Assembly: GCA_973851085.1 (NCBI GenBank)
Contig: OZ316775.1
Coordinates: 9,486,001-9,550,000 of the forward strand
DNA from: Ptychomitrium polyphyllum
Lineage: Eukaryota
DNA length: 64,000 bases
Direction of reading: 5' to 3'
In this document: positions 26,008 to 39,826 of the stretch, one piece after another
Layout of the letters: each line of letters opens with the position of its first letter
Numbering within the stretch: the stretch's first letter is position 1
The notes under the pieces: generated by a model
The model's input: the letters and a program-made list of their open reading frames with translations, nothing else
The model's database searches: none
What the model was told of the DNA's origin: nothing
Program-made: the position numbers and the translations under genes

Positions 26008-27373
26008 ACGACCTCTGTTTAATACTCTACTTAGTCAATTTGTTGGGACGTAGAAAGCACTTTGGTTGGGACAGATATGCAATATGTGTAACATAACTGT
26101 AGGTTTGACAAGATTGTTGCCTTTGGCGTGTGGGTCATTCTTAATCGTAGATATTGAAAAAATGAAGTCAATTTTGAAAACTGTACAATGTATGATTACG
26201 TTGAGTTAACATTTTCAAATTTGCGTCAACGATATGGTGGGGCATCATTACTATGAGTTCCTTTTGAGGTTGTACTGCATGGGCATGCGAATACCAATGC
26301 TATGCTTTTTGACATCCTTTATTTGAATATACTTTCTGCAGTCAGATTAATCTAGTTCGATTATGAGTCATGTAATGCGTTTCACAGAAGCTTGAGCCAA
26401 TTTCACGCTTGGCGTAAGTAGATACTGTCAGCTCAGCTCTAGAGCGTTTTCGTGCAGAACGACAACTATTGTAGTATATAGAGCCGCTGACAGCACAATT
26501 TCTTCATCATTCTTTCCACCAGTATTCAATTTTGAAAACTTCAGTCCCTAGCGTGATTTTCTCCTTCGCTTTTAAAACTGCCATTTATGTTGATATGTTT
26601 TCGTAGAAATTAAATGTCACATGAAATTATGTCTTCAAAATGCTCTAACTTTTGGTCATATAACTCATCAAAGTACTGTTGCAGTTTATGTTACATGTTC
26701 ACATCCATTGGCACCTACCTTTGATTCCACAATCTATGAGGTATTTAGATGTCTTTATAATTTTTTCTAAAACACCATAGTTTGGGGTTGTTTGCTGATA
26801 TAAAATTGAAATTCGAAAAGGTAAACTCCATTTTAAGAGTCAAATATAAACTATCCAACGTAGAAATGGACAATATTCGATGTAAATATGAGCCAACTTC
26901 ACGGATTGTTCTATATGTTTGCCGAATCGATTCATGACAAGTCTATCTACCTCAATGTACAAATCCATGCCACCGCTATGGGATCTAAAACATTATGCAT
27001 CAAGACTATTGCAGTTTTTGATTTACCACTGAAATTTAATAGATTTCTTATTTACTGCTAGAAAATTAAACACGGTAATATTGTGGTCCACAATCATGAA
27101 GTGCTACACTTCGAACGAATCAGAGAAATCTACCTGCCCTTCTCTGAGAAATTCATAGGAAGCCTTCAACCTTGAACGCTGACTTCCACAAGTCTGTGTA
27201 ATCAAGAGCTGATGTTAGAGAGTGCAATTCAACCACCCTAGGATCAACAGAGAACATCAGATGTGGGGGCCAAGTTCAGCAAGTTTGGTAAGGTTTCCAG
27301 GTTCACGAAGTCGTTCGCAAGAGGCATTTAAGGGCATAATCACATGCACCGTCGGACTCTGTGAGGCCTCCAG

Positions 27374-27538
27374 ACGTGGATGCTAGGAAGGTACGGTTGA
27401 ATTTCATGTCTCTCGGAGTCTGCAGCTCTGCATGCATGCGTGTGTCACCTGAGTGAGTGACATGGTCGTCTTCTCATCTGCCCATATGTCAAGTTCCCGG
27501 CTCTCTCCTCCCCTTGGCGCTCTAACCCTCCACGTGTC
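27374..27538 (+). promoter_or_regulatory. ABRE plus RY element cluster upstream of the aldo-keto reductase
   Basis: ACGTGG 27374-27379, CATGCATG (RY) 27431-27438, CACGTGTC (ABRE) 27531-27538. Confidence 0.5.
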
Positions 27539-27978
27539 CCGGCCATGGCTGAATTATCTTCAGTCTTCATGTGATATAAGTTGTGATGCATCTGATAGCA
27601 AAGTGATACAACTCGTTTTTCGATTGTTTCATTTGGTTTAGGCTTCACCAAGTAGAGCAACAGAGATTTTTGTACAGAAAGTCTCTGTCATTTCGAAGTG
27701 GTTCCACAGGTGGGTGTTTCTTCGACATTGCTTTCGATTGCTGTTTACTCGTCTGTTGCTCTTCCTTCAACTGACTGTATGTCGTGGTTGTGGATTAAGT
27801 CGTTATATCTGATGTCACCTTCTCTTGCGGTGCGTTTACTGCGGTGTCGATGCGTCAGTTATGGGGAAAGGCAATTGTGGCTGATGTCAGGGTATGTGTC
27901 CTAAGTGTTGAGACGAAAACTTTCCGCGCTCTTTCTTGTGTGTAGAAACTTTCTGCGTTGTGACCAAATATTTTAAGT

Positions 27979-29795
27979 ATGGGGAAGCAAGCGCTGGAGG
28001 CCATGCCAAGGATCAAGTTGAACACGGGAGCGTCGATTCCTGCTGTTGGACTCGGAACATGGCAGTCGGAGCCCGGCCTCGTTGGACAGGCTGTTAAGGA
28101 AGCTGTCAAGGTGCCATATCAAATCAACCCTTGTTGATGGGACTGTTTCTGCACTGTTGTTTTCACCTTTCTTTGCCAAAGGTGTAGCTGAATTTTCCTC
28201 GTTCGGTTGTTCAGGTTGGATATCGTCATATTGACTGTGCGAAGGCTTATAAGAATGAGAAAGAGGTCGGTGATGCACTGCAAGAACTCTACAAGGATGG
28301 CATTGTCAAGCGTGAAGACTTGTGGATCACATCAAAGTTATGGTTAGTGATCTTCGCTCTACTTTTTACTAGTGCTAATGTGGTTAAGTTAGCGTTTTAT
28401 TCTTGAATTTTATGATCTGAATGCGTAGTTGAAGTAAATTGTTTTTACGAGCCGTTAAGCTTGCTGTTTAGCTTTCCTTTACTAAGTTGCAGCAGAGCTT
28501 TATAGTGTTTATCACTTGAAATTCGTTCAGGTGCTCAGATCACAACGATGTGGAAGAAGCTTTGAAAGGATCAATCGACCGTTTACAATGTGGATATCTT
28601 GATCTATACCTGGTAAATCATTTGGTCCAAGCTTTTTTTTCCAAACAATTCTACTCAACATTTATTTGAGATTAAAATATTGCAGAAAATCTTATTTAAA
28701 GTAACCTAGTCATACTTTTTTGGATATAATTTTATCTGAAAACAAGTTGTATTTCACCAGATGCACTGGCCAGTTGCCTTGAAGAAGGATGCGCAAGGTA
28801 CCGCTCCTGAAGACTTCGTACCCCTGAATGTCAAGGGGACATGGTCAGCTATGGAGAAGTGTTACGAGAGTGGGAAAGCTAAGGCTATTGGAGTTAGTAA
28901 CTTCACTGTTGAGAAGACAAAGCATTTGTTGTCTCATTGTAAAGTGAAGCCGGCTGTGAATCAGGTGGAGTGCCACCCTCTTTGGCAGCAGAAGAAATTG
29001 TGGCCTTACTTGAAATCTGAGGGCATTCACTTGACGGTAAGCAGAATATAATCATCAAGATTATAATCTATTTTTTTTTAACACTCTTGACCAGTAAGAT
29101 CCTGTATAATTCTAGAGGTTGTATACAGAATCACCTTTTTTATAATCATTATGTTGTCACTCACATAAGTAAGCTTACCATGTTATTGGTTGAAACAGTG
29201 ATGAATATTAACATGCGAATTTCTTGGTAACGCAGGCTTACTCTCCAATTGGTTCTTCGAACAGTCCATTCGCAACGGTCAATGTTCTGGAGTTGCCAAC
29301 GGTTACTAAGTTTGCTGAGAAATATGGCAAGTCACCTGCACAGATAGCTCTCCGCTGGAACGTTCAACAAGGTCACAGCGTGTTGCCAAAGAGTACACAC
29401 GCTGAAAGGCTTGCATCTAACATTGAAATATTCGACTTTGAACTTTCTCAAGAAGATCTTCGCGAGTTTGATAAGATTGAGCAGGTAAGCTAAAAGTTTG
29501 AATGATTTCATGTGAATAATGATCTTCTTCCGGTTTCTTGCTTGTACAATGAGGAAATGACCTTTTAGAAATGAAGTCATTTATATGTCTAGAGTTTGAA
29601 TGTAACAATATCAGTTATATGTAGCATGCTATAGTGATTATACAAGAGTGTACTTAAAGAATAAGAATAAACAGAAATCTAAAATTTCACTAATTCGATG
29701 TGCAGCAACGTCTTCTTCGAGGAGATGAAATGTGGGTGAATGATACTACCAGTCCATACAAAACGGTTGAGCAACTTTGGGATGGTGATTTATAG
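27979..29795 (+). CDS. NADPH-dependent aldo-keto reductase, AKR4C-like, 318 aa; exons 27979-28110, 28215-28342, 28531-28612, 28761-29036, 29236-29484, 29706-29795
   Basis: [15 protein letters not shown], catalytic tetrad in [11 protein letters not shown] / ITSKLW / YLMHWP, IGVSNF, NQVECHP, VLPKS, C-terminal LWDGDL*; exons sum to 957 nt. Confidence 0.95.
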
Positions 29796-31789
29796 GATGC
29801 AAAACTTGTATACACAGAGTTTGTTCAGAAAATTTTGTACCCTTTGCAGACAAATGAAATATAGAGGTGATGCATTCATGCTAAAACAAAAACTGGGAAA
29901 ACTATGCCACTACTGGAAGTGGACGCTTTTAACAGCTTTGTTTTGTATTGCATTATCATTATTGATGTACATCATCACAACTTTTTCTTGAAATGTCATT
30001 CATTTGACATGAATGTAAATGTTCCTAATATACTCTTATTTCATAATATCGTAATGTTTATTTTCAAATCTTTTGCATAGTCTTTCAGACTTTCTATGTT
30101 CGATTCAATTCATTGTACAAAAGTTTTAGACTTATACTTTTTGAAGTTTTGGTATTATTAAGTTTTTCTTTTATTCTCATCACTCTTTTGTTACAGCTAT
30201 GTGTATGTAAGAAATTATGGTACATAAGTCAAAATAATAAAACTCTTATTTCTATGCCTAATGGTTATTCTTTAAATCATTACACTTTAATAATCTACTT
30301 TTGTTTTATTTGATTATAATGAAAAAAAATTACATAATGCTATTTCATTATTTATCATCTGCAATGGTCTTATTACTAACTTCCACAAGATTATACAAAT
30401 ACTTTTGCAAACAATTTAAACAATACTATTTTTAATTATAAATTAACAATTTTATAATTTCGTATATTCAAATAGTTCTTAAAGCTTTATTACATCACCT
30501 AAACTTTTAATTTTTTTGACAAATTTTACAATTGTATTTGAAAAGTGAAGATATTTTATCAATGATTGATATTAATATGCCATATATAAGCAAACTAATT
30601 ATTAAATTTATTTATTAAATAAATTGTTATTATCTCTCAAAACTAACCAATTTTGGTTTTTTATACTAAATATGTCCAAATTTTTTGCCTTCCAATTCTC
30701 ACTAATAATGATATAACACAACAATGACATTATAATCTAACAAAATAATTCGAGAGAGGAAAAATTTTAGTCCATTTTGAAATCAAGAGGAAAAAGCATG
30801 TTAAAACATTTTGAAATCAAGAAAAGGCATGCTAAAAGCTTATACCAATCCCTATGGATTTAAGATTGGTTTTGAGTTACATCTTTGTTGAATTTGCACT
30901 AGCATTACAATTCTCACATTTTGAAGATTTTTTTTAGCTTTATACTATATCAATAGATTCTTTATTAACTAATCAAGAATAAAAACTATTTGATTAGAAA
31001 CTATGGAACAGTAATAGTTATTATTATTATTATTCAAATACAAAAGAGACAAAATTATAATCACATTGATTTTTACATATATACAAAAATTAAGTTGAAA
31101 TTAAATTATTATATAAAAATATGGAAACACATTCCTTGCTTCTTTTTTTTTTCTAAAAAGATGTGAGGTTCAAGAATTAAAAATCTAAAAAAGCATGTAA
31201 AGTTTAAAATAGTTCTAATGATAGAGAAATTCATAAAAATACAATGTACAATAGAGGGATATTTTATTTGAAATAAGAAAAGTTTTTGGCTAGCAAGCCA
31301 AACACAATGTGGAACAAATTTTATAGTTTTGTTTGATAAAGAAATAGATTTCAATAAGTTAATTTTTTGAAAGATATAACAATACCTAAATGTACTCCAA
31401 AGATAAATTTCCATGTAAAACTAAAAGAAGGGTTATATTCCTTGTTCCCACTAGTAGAAAGGTCAAAACCAATCTTAACAACTCTTAACCTGTATACAAG
31501 AAGAACTAAGGCCATCGTGTCAAATTGAAATCAGTCTATAAAAAATAATCTATAAATAAATAATCGGTCTATAAGATAGGCCCAAGCCAACCAGAGTGGT
31601 ACAAATACTTTGGAGAGCCAAGAAAACAGTTGCCAATGCCAGGATATTACTAGCATCTCAACAAATGAACGAATAATCGCTTCAAGATGCTCTGAAGGGT
31701 AGATTCGCCTCGAAAAAAACTAGCTTCAACCCACGTGTGAACTGGCCCTACGAGAAGGGGCCAGGTTCAGAGTGCAACAACTGATGCAG

Positions 31790-32940
31790 ACTCCAGCAGG
31801 GCGGGTCAGAACTTCTTGTGGAAAAAGCTCCCAAAAGGACAGATATTGCACATCGAGGAGGGCCCACGTCGTGTGGCGTCCACGAGCCTTATCTCCTCGG
31901 AACTTGATCTCATTGGTGGAAGGCGCGCGTCCAGCATGTGCCAAGCTTGCCACGACACTTCACCCTTACCTCCTCCTGTATTACCCCCAATCGTATACAA
32001 CAGTTGGGTACGTATGTACGGTTGATCATTTCCATGTACTGAATTCCATTCGTTGCTGTGCATACGTTCATGAATGGATTGATGAGATTAATTACTCCCC
32101 CTGTCGCCCATTGGATTATGTGCTCTTCTGGTACTTGGATGCATCATTCCCCACAGCCTGGAGCTCTGGTAACTGTATTTACTCAGGCTGGAAAATAGTG
32201 CTTTACCTCTGTCTCACTAACTGATTCAAGGCACTCAAAACCAATTTGAGTGCGTTTTTATCCTACATGGAGCCATGTATGTTGCATTATGGAGGAGTTT
32301 AGTTAGAGTTTTTGAAATTTTTATAATTAAAAATACATAAATTTTTGATATATTCATGTAAATCCAAAAAAAGCACGAATTAGTGTTACGGAATTGCCGT
32401 GAAGATATCTATTGGTAATAATTAAATCTTGTTCTTCTAGAAATGTTGTAAGTATTCTCAGTTGCATTACGAAGATGCTTTTTGATGCACTTACCATAGT
32501 ATATCATTTGATTGAGATTTGGTAACTTTGTTACAAAGTCATGAACTCTCCAGTGTTTCTGGGATAGCCATCACATATTAGGTTGGTTAGCGTAGTTGGT
32601 ACTTGCTGTTCATGGCGAGTTGCAATATCACCATTGTGTGAGCCTGTGAGGTTTGGGTTGTGGGAGTCGACCGACCACTGCCTTCGGAGCTGCAAATTTG
32701 CTCGCAGGGTGTGGATGCGCTCCTCGGCCACGAGGGAGACAGTGCGCAGCATATGTTCTGGAGGGAGACCCTTTCCGGCATGCAACCTGGGGTGTGTGAC
32801 GATAGTGGTTACACTCCCCCTGCTGATGAATGTTCATCGGGTTTGCCATTTGGCTGGACATCATCCAGGCCGGTATGGCTTGTTGGGGTCACCTGTTGAG
32901 TTTCTTTGAGACTTGTGGTAACAAACGGAACTTAGTCTTA
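31790..32940 (+). mobile_element. Degenerate LINE (L1-type) ORF2 3' fragment; boundaries approximate
   Basis: zf-RVT-like CE.C....ESTDHCLRSCKFARRVW at about 32620-32713 (CxxC restored by compensating frameshifts); LW*QRN-like motif near 32915; upstream NFLW and HVVW motifs typical of the post-RT region. Confidence 0.6.
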
Positions 32941-35900
32941 GAGTTTGAGTTTCGCTCCGTTTGGTGCACTGATAGCATTCTATTGTAAGGGGGCTTCACC
33001 TACCAAGGTGGGTGAGGAACCCCACTCTTACTGTCCTCCCAACCCTTCCTTGGGACCCAGACTGATTGTTTCCGTTTTTCATTATGAGCACGGACTTCTT
33101 TTTATAAGAAACTGAGACACACACAGGCCCACAGGAACAAGTTAAATCAGGTATGTGGAGAATGACACATTTCAATGTAGGACCACTCAGTTCGCATAAT
33201 TTCGAAATAGTTTTCACTGCCATTCAGAGAACTGAGTGATTTGCTGTACACCCTACAGACTTAATTTCTACTACTGAGGTGGATCTGGGATACTAAGGTG
33301 AATTTAGGGCTTCTGTAACTCATCATTACTGTTACTTTTTCTTGACTACTGTGATCATACTCATGTTCTTAGGGGTTATCCTGCAGGGTTACTTGAAATG
33401 ATGATCCTCCTTTTCAGGGGCACAGTGTTCATGTAACTAGCAGGATCATGTATGTCTTATTTCAAATCTGCTCCCTCCTAATTCCTTACCTCAAGATATA
33501 GTACTGTGCTAGAGTGGAGCTATGCTTGTATGTACCATGAGTGCTTGTACTGAGCATTCCTGTGAAATCTAAATGAGGTCATCTTTGTTGATCTCATTTG
33601 ATGTGAAAATTTACTTGCAGATAAGACAGCAATAAAGATATGGAAGTGCCAGAAGGACTAGATTTTCTTGTCGCAACAAACCCACTGTTGATGCATGCAC
33701 TCCGGCACTGCTTTCCCATAGTTTCTTAACCTAACTTAAGCAATACCATTTGGCTTGGGTTGATACAGAGTGCTCCTGCTAGAATATGCTTACTTAATAA
33801 GAATCTAATCCGAACATGATCCTTAACTCTCCCCAACTTGTGAAGAGTTCCAAATCATGGGGAGCGGGGCTTGGAGAATACGAGGTATTGATCTATTTAA
33901 CCAATGTAATTGATGGTACTAAGAATTCATATTCAAGATTAAAAACCTTAATAGTGAACTTTGTCTTGGAGCTAAATTGGATTATTCTATTATAAGAGCA
34001 ATAAATTATTTTTTTTCCTTACAAACATTGTATAGGTTTTCAACCAATTTTTGTAGATAGAAAATAAGAGTTGAAGTTCAATGCAATTGACAATTTAAAA
34101 AATTAATCTTTAATGATTGTATAATCATCTAAGTTTTGTTTGATAACCATCATTCAATAAGTTTATGTTCATTACATATTTTTAAAATAAACAAGTATAG
34201 TTTTGTCTACCTTTCCTTTACCATCACTCTATTTTTCCATTTGAATTTCAACTTACTCTTATTAATTAGTAATACACACAAGAATTGTTTGTCTTTTTAT
34301 TACAATTAGCAATGGATTTTCAATATTAGTAGGTTATTCAATTTTTAAAATTTATTAGTAAGTTGGAACTAATTACAACATTCTTTTGAAATTGAATCAA
34401 CTTATTTTCATCTTATACATCAAAAATCAAAGTGCTAAATGAATGAAAAAGTGAGTTTAGTTTATTTATTTAGAATATAAATCCCTTCAACCTTCATTAA
34501 AACAACAATTCAGCAATGGAATGGTACTTTTGAATGATGGAATGATTCTTTTGGAAAGAAAAATATCAAAAGGATCATTGAAATGTTATAATTGGGCCAT
34601 TTAGAACTTACTTTTTTGATCAATATACAAATAATTCATACCATTTATAGATACCATTTATAAATACCTTCTATCAATGGTACTAGAATATCTTTCAAAA
34701 ACTTAATTTTCTCCTTAAAAATGCGTTCAATTGAAGATTGTAGAAGTGTATGTGCCAAGTCAGTAATTTACACTCTTGCATTCAAGTATTCATTCTACAT
34801 ACTTTTGATACTACTTGTTATGGATTTTCCACATTCCAAAATGAAGATGAATTGTTCCAACTTTTGAAAAACGTTCTATTGTTATTTTAGAATTAAATGT
34901 ACAATTTCACAAGAAGTTGTAATATATTCAATATTTATTTTTAATACCATATAAAACTTGTTGGAAAATAATGGTTTGTTTTTAATTTTAATCTTAATTT
35001 AATTATATACATGCTCATTAATTCCAAAGTATTTAAATAAAAAATAGAAGTTTCCATATTATGAAGATCCATAATAAATAACAGATTGTTCTATATAAAA
35101 GAATATAAGTCATTTTTATATTTAACGTAAAAATCAAATAAGATGATTATATGTTGATACTTAGTTTTAAAGATATAATATAGAAATTATTATATTCTAT
35201 TTTAAATGCTACTTGATTAATTATACAAGCATTTTGAAAAGTATCCTAAAATTTTATGATGATATTTTGTTGAAACATGATAGTTTCAAATGCAAGAAGG
35301 AAAAATAAAAACTTTAAAATCATAAACATCTCTAATGGTAAAATTTACTCTAAAACAAAAAGCATGCTTAGAAACATTTTTATTAAAACTAAAATATAAA
35401 TTGTAAGATTAAATTATTTGAAGCAAAGAATTTATCATTTTTAAATCATTTTTACAATACTAGTAAAGTTTAGTTTATATTGGTGTAAAAAAACTTATAC
35501 AAAAATAAATTGTGATTTGTCACCATTACAGTTAATTTGATATTAGTTATTTATGTACCAAATCATATAAATAGTGGAAGGTTGCAATATATTTTAGACT
35601 TTACATAATCATTTCCATTTTTATAAACCATAAAGGCTCTCATCTATAATAGAAAACTAATATTTTTAAATGATTTTTCAATTAATATAATATTCATTTA
35701 AATTTATTTGTGTTCTACATATAAATTAAAAATTTATATTTAAAATATGGATTTAACAATTAATTTACAATTAAGGGTTAAATTGTCAAATAAAATCAAT
35801 TTCCAAATTTGATTGGACTTTAATGTGACTTTCTACTAGTAGGTAATTTTTGACTTGTTATGCCATGTTATGATTCAGTAAAATCAACTTTCAAGTTTTA

Positions 35901-38526
35901 GAAGTGTCAAATTTGCCAAAATGGCACTTTTCAACTACCTTTTAAGCACCCACTTTTTTAAAGTGTAAGACTCTCTTTAAATATAGAATTTACTTTCCAT
36001 ATGTGTGTCTTTTAATTCAAAATGGAATTAGTATGAGCCTAATTTCATACATGATAATCATTAAATATATTTTCTTATTGTCACATGCAAGCATTATATT
36101 TGATTAATATTTTTTCACATTCCAATGAAAGTGTATTGCTTTAAACTTCTTCTATCTTCCAATTTTCAAAAAACCTAATGCTTTATTCCACATCATTTAT
36201 GCAATGCCATGATCTATGATCTTCATCTATGTACAAATATTTTTTATTTCGAATATTAAAAATAAATAAAATGCTCATTTAATTTTTTTTATGACATAAT
36301 TATTTTCATTAAAATGTAGAATTTTACAAAATGGTCTTTAAACTCCTTCACATTATATATTTCAAAATATAGCCTTAAAATATAAGAAATTAATTACAAG
36401 TAATATTAAAGGCATGCTTCTTATATTCTTAATTAGTGATTTGGCACATATTCCTTTACAATCTTTAATTGAATATGTTTTTAAAAAAAGAATTGAATTT
36501 TTAAAAGATAATACAATACCATTGTTAGAAGATATTTATAAAGTGTATATTATCCAAAAAACATTATGAATTGTTAATATTCTTATTAATTAAAAAATTA
36601 CAAATGGCTTACTAGTTTAAGTAACAAGCCATTTAATGTCCGCGTTTAGTTCTATGTCAGATTCATTAATTAGAGAGCATATTATCATTGTACATGAATG
36701 ATCATTGACAATATAAATGATCTTTGATGGTTTTAAGTCCAATGATTGTTTTAAATCTTAAATTCTCACTGTTTATAGAAGTTTAACAATTCAGAGTTGC
36801 TAATTTCTTAATTTGTTTCTAAAGATTATATTTGTGTTTAAGGTTTTTAATCTCCAGCAAAATTTTAAGTACCATCAATCATTTGTTAGAGTACATCAAT
36901 GTCCCACATGTCAAACATATTGTACAATCAATGTAGTACAAAGCATCAAAATTGTTGGTTCCTATTCATAGTATGTGCAGCATTAAAGGGGACAATTTTA
37001 TCTTCTACTTTCAAGTCAAATGTTTATGATAATATAGTCTTGTTTTTTCTTTTAACCATGACCAAACCTCATGTGCTCATGTATGCATAGTATACAAAAC
37101 TGTGCAATTACTCTAGAATATAATAATTATTAAAAATTAATTTATGTTGCTTCAATTTTTTTTAAAAGTCCAAAAGCTCTAAAAAATCTTGTTTCATATG
37201 AAAATTATTACAATTCATAATTTATTATTTTATAAAGAAGTTTTAGATCTTCTTTCTTATATATAGAATATACAAAATACACAAGTAATATATGCAATAT
37301 ATTACCTATTGCAAAATATTGAAAAATATATGCATATATTGCAAAATATATGCAATATTAATTGTATATAATTTTTATAAATTTGGTTTATTGTTGTAGA
37401 ATGACATTGTTATATTTTGAAAAGATTCAAGTATAAATAATAATCTTCCTTTGCTTTTCTACCTCAAAAAATTTAAAAGTGAGTTGTTTCAATTATTAAA
37501 GAATGTTAAGACTTCTTGTAGACATATATGAAAAGCAATAATTATTAATTTTTGTAGAATATTAATTTTGAACCAATTTGACTTATATATTTGACACATT
37601 ATTACCATAGCTGAATTAGAAGAAACTCTAGGCTCTTAATAGAAATTAAAGTGAAAAACGTGTGTTTATTTCATTCATGTGTCCATGTTCATAAAACTTA
37701 AGATAATAGTATAGAATGGCTAAACAATATGGATTTTTGTCATCACACAAGATGTTTTTATATTTTAGCTATTGAAAGAAGAACATATGTCATTTTTAAG
37801 ATCTAAAGCTAAGAGTATTGGAACTAAGAACCAATTTTCATGTAGATTTAAAGTCCAATTGAAGCCAAATAATAATAATTTAATTTTATCCCTTCACTTG
37901 CAAAGAAGCTAAAATCCACCTCAACTTTTTTAAATGAGATACAAGGCCATCATGCAATTTGAGCTTTTTGTTTAATGTCATTTTCTAAGATTTGATATGT
38001 AAAATAGCTTCAACTTTTAAGCTAACCAAAATGATAATATTATTTTGAATTTTCAAAATTTTGATTGCATAGGGCATTTTGCCAAGTTGAAACTTTGACA
38101 TGGTGTCAATAAAAACTTAATAGGTGAAGGATGACATCAACATTTATCTAAAGAAATCTATTACAACTTTTATCAAAACAAAAAAGAACTCACCAAATTT
38201 GCTACAAAATTTTTGAATGATTAATTTCTAATTAAATCTCATGATATTCCTTTCTAAGATTCTACAACCGTGTTTTAAATCTCATACCATTCTAAAACAA
38301 CTGAGAACATTACCCTTTTCACAATCAAACCCACCAACTGCATGCATCCACGAAGCCCTACACCATTGCCAAGTATGCTCAGAGGTACCATTTTGGACTC
38401 TTGATCCAAACGGAGGTCATGCTTCTTCCTGTGTTTCAAGGCACAGAATTCACTCGAGGATGAAAAATGAGGCGTGCGCGCCAGAAGAATCATCCACGAG
38501 GGGGAAGAAATTGTTTTTACCAGACG

Positions 38527-38548
38527 GTATCCATATCCGTATCCATAC
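38527..38548. promoter_or_regulatory. Tandem RTATCC / TATCCA boxes (candidate MYB-related sites) upstream of the ferritin leader
   Basis: gtatccatatccgtatccatac, about 70-90 bp upstream of a TATA-like gtatatga (38613) and a CT-rich leader. Confidence 0.3.
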
Positions 38549-39306
38549 ACACAGGGCGAGTACGGAAACCGTAGCGCTTAGACCGTAGTCAGTAGAGGAG
38601 GCTTGCAGTGGTGTATATGAAGCCGTCTCTCCCACTTTAACTCTCGCCTTCTTTTTCGCTTCTGGCAACTCATGCCACTGCATCGTCTCCTCTGCGCTCC
38701 TCACTTCGATCACGCTCTCTGTCTCGCGCCACTGCTCTCCTCTAGCTGTAGCGTTCCTCAGGTTCTATATTTCGACTCCGTTTTTCCTGCTGGAGGTTGT
38801 CATTCTCGTGAGCGTCATCGGGGATCTCTTCCGTTACAGGTTTGATCGACACTTCCATTTTCTCCATCTCCTTATGTTGTTAACCGTTTTTTCCTTTGGC
38901 CTCCTTGCTCCTGTTATCTGGAACTGTTATTTCTGGAGAGTGATTGTTTCTGTTGATGCAATTGCGGCGTGTTTGTTTTGTTTTTTGGTGCAGTTTTGGT
39001 TTCCGAGAGTTTCTGGTTTTTGGTGTGGTGTGTGAGCGTGCGCCTGCGCGTGCGAGAGAGATTGTTTTCGCTGGAGGTAGAGGCGTGTTTCTCTTGGTTG
39101 TTGGTGCCATTCTGAAATCCTTAGGATCGTGACGTTGAGGTTTGAGACTCTGTTTTGGTTAGTTTGTGAAAACGTTGTGTTTGAGAGGAAGAGGGAGAGA
39201 GAGAAGGAGCTGTGTTTCCGGGATCGCTAACTGGTTTATTTCGTGGACCAATTACAAATAGTTCAATAGCCGTGATATTTTAAATGTTTTAGATATTTTC
39301 GGTAGG

Positions 39307-39656
39307 AGTAGTATTTTACGAAAGTCATTCTTATCCCTCCCAAAGTAGTATTTAACGAAACTGTTTTCTTTCTTTCTTTCTTTCTTTCTCTATGAGGTAT
39401 CTTTGAGTTGTAAGCGAGTGCTGGAAGTAATGCAGACAAACGTTGAAATCAAGAGTGTCTTTGTCAGTTTTTATGCGTTCATGCAGCTTTACATGAGGCA
39501 GAATGTTGAGTATTATAACAGAAATCAGGCTTAGAACTAAATCTAGAGCGGTGTTTAAAGTCATGGTTGAGTTCATGCGACTTTCGACATTTTTATTTTG
39601 GGAAAGTGGTGCTGCTTGACTTAACACGAACTACTTTGGGAGGGATTAGAATGACT
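39307..39656. repeat. 27-bp inverted repeat (26/27) plus 17-bp direct repeat in the probable ferritin leader intron
   Basis: Arms 39323-39349 and 39630-39656; direct repeat agtagtattt(t/a)acgaaa at 39307-39323 and 39344-39360. Confidence 0.9.
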
Positions 39657-39826
39657 CGAGGCTGTTGCATATGACTGGGTCCATCAGAATTGTAAAATTA
39701 TGTTTGTGTGTTGCCACATAATTCTTTGTTTGGAACATATTGGAGTAATAAGTATGTGGAAACCTTTTCTGTCATGCCAGTTAATTCGTGCTGAGTGCGC
39801 GCTCTTCATTTTGAAGCAGTCTCGTC

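Noticed and set aside
38400..39826. Animal-type IRE hairpin or angiosperm IDRS in the ferritin leader/promoter
   Set aside because: No CAGUGN-looped stem and no convincing IDRS match seen.
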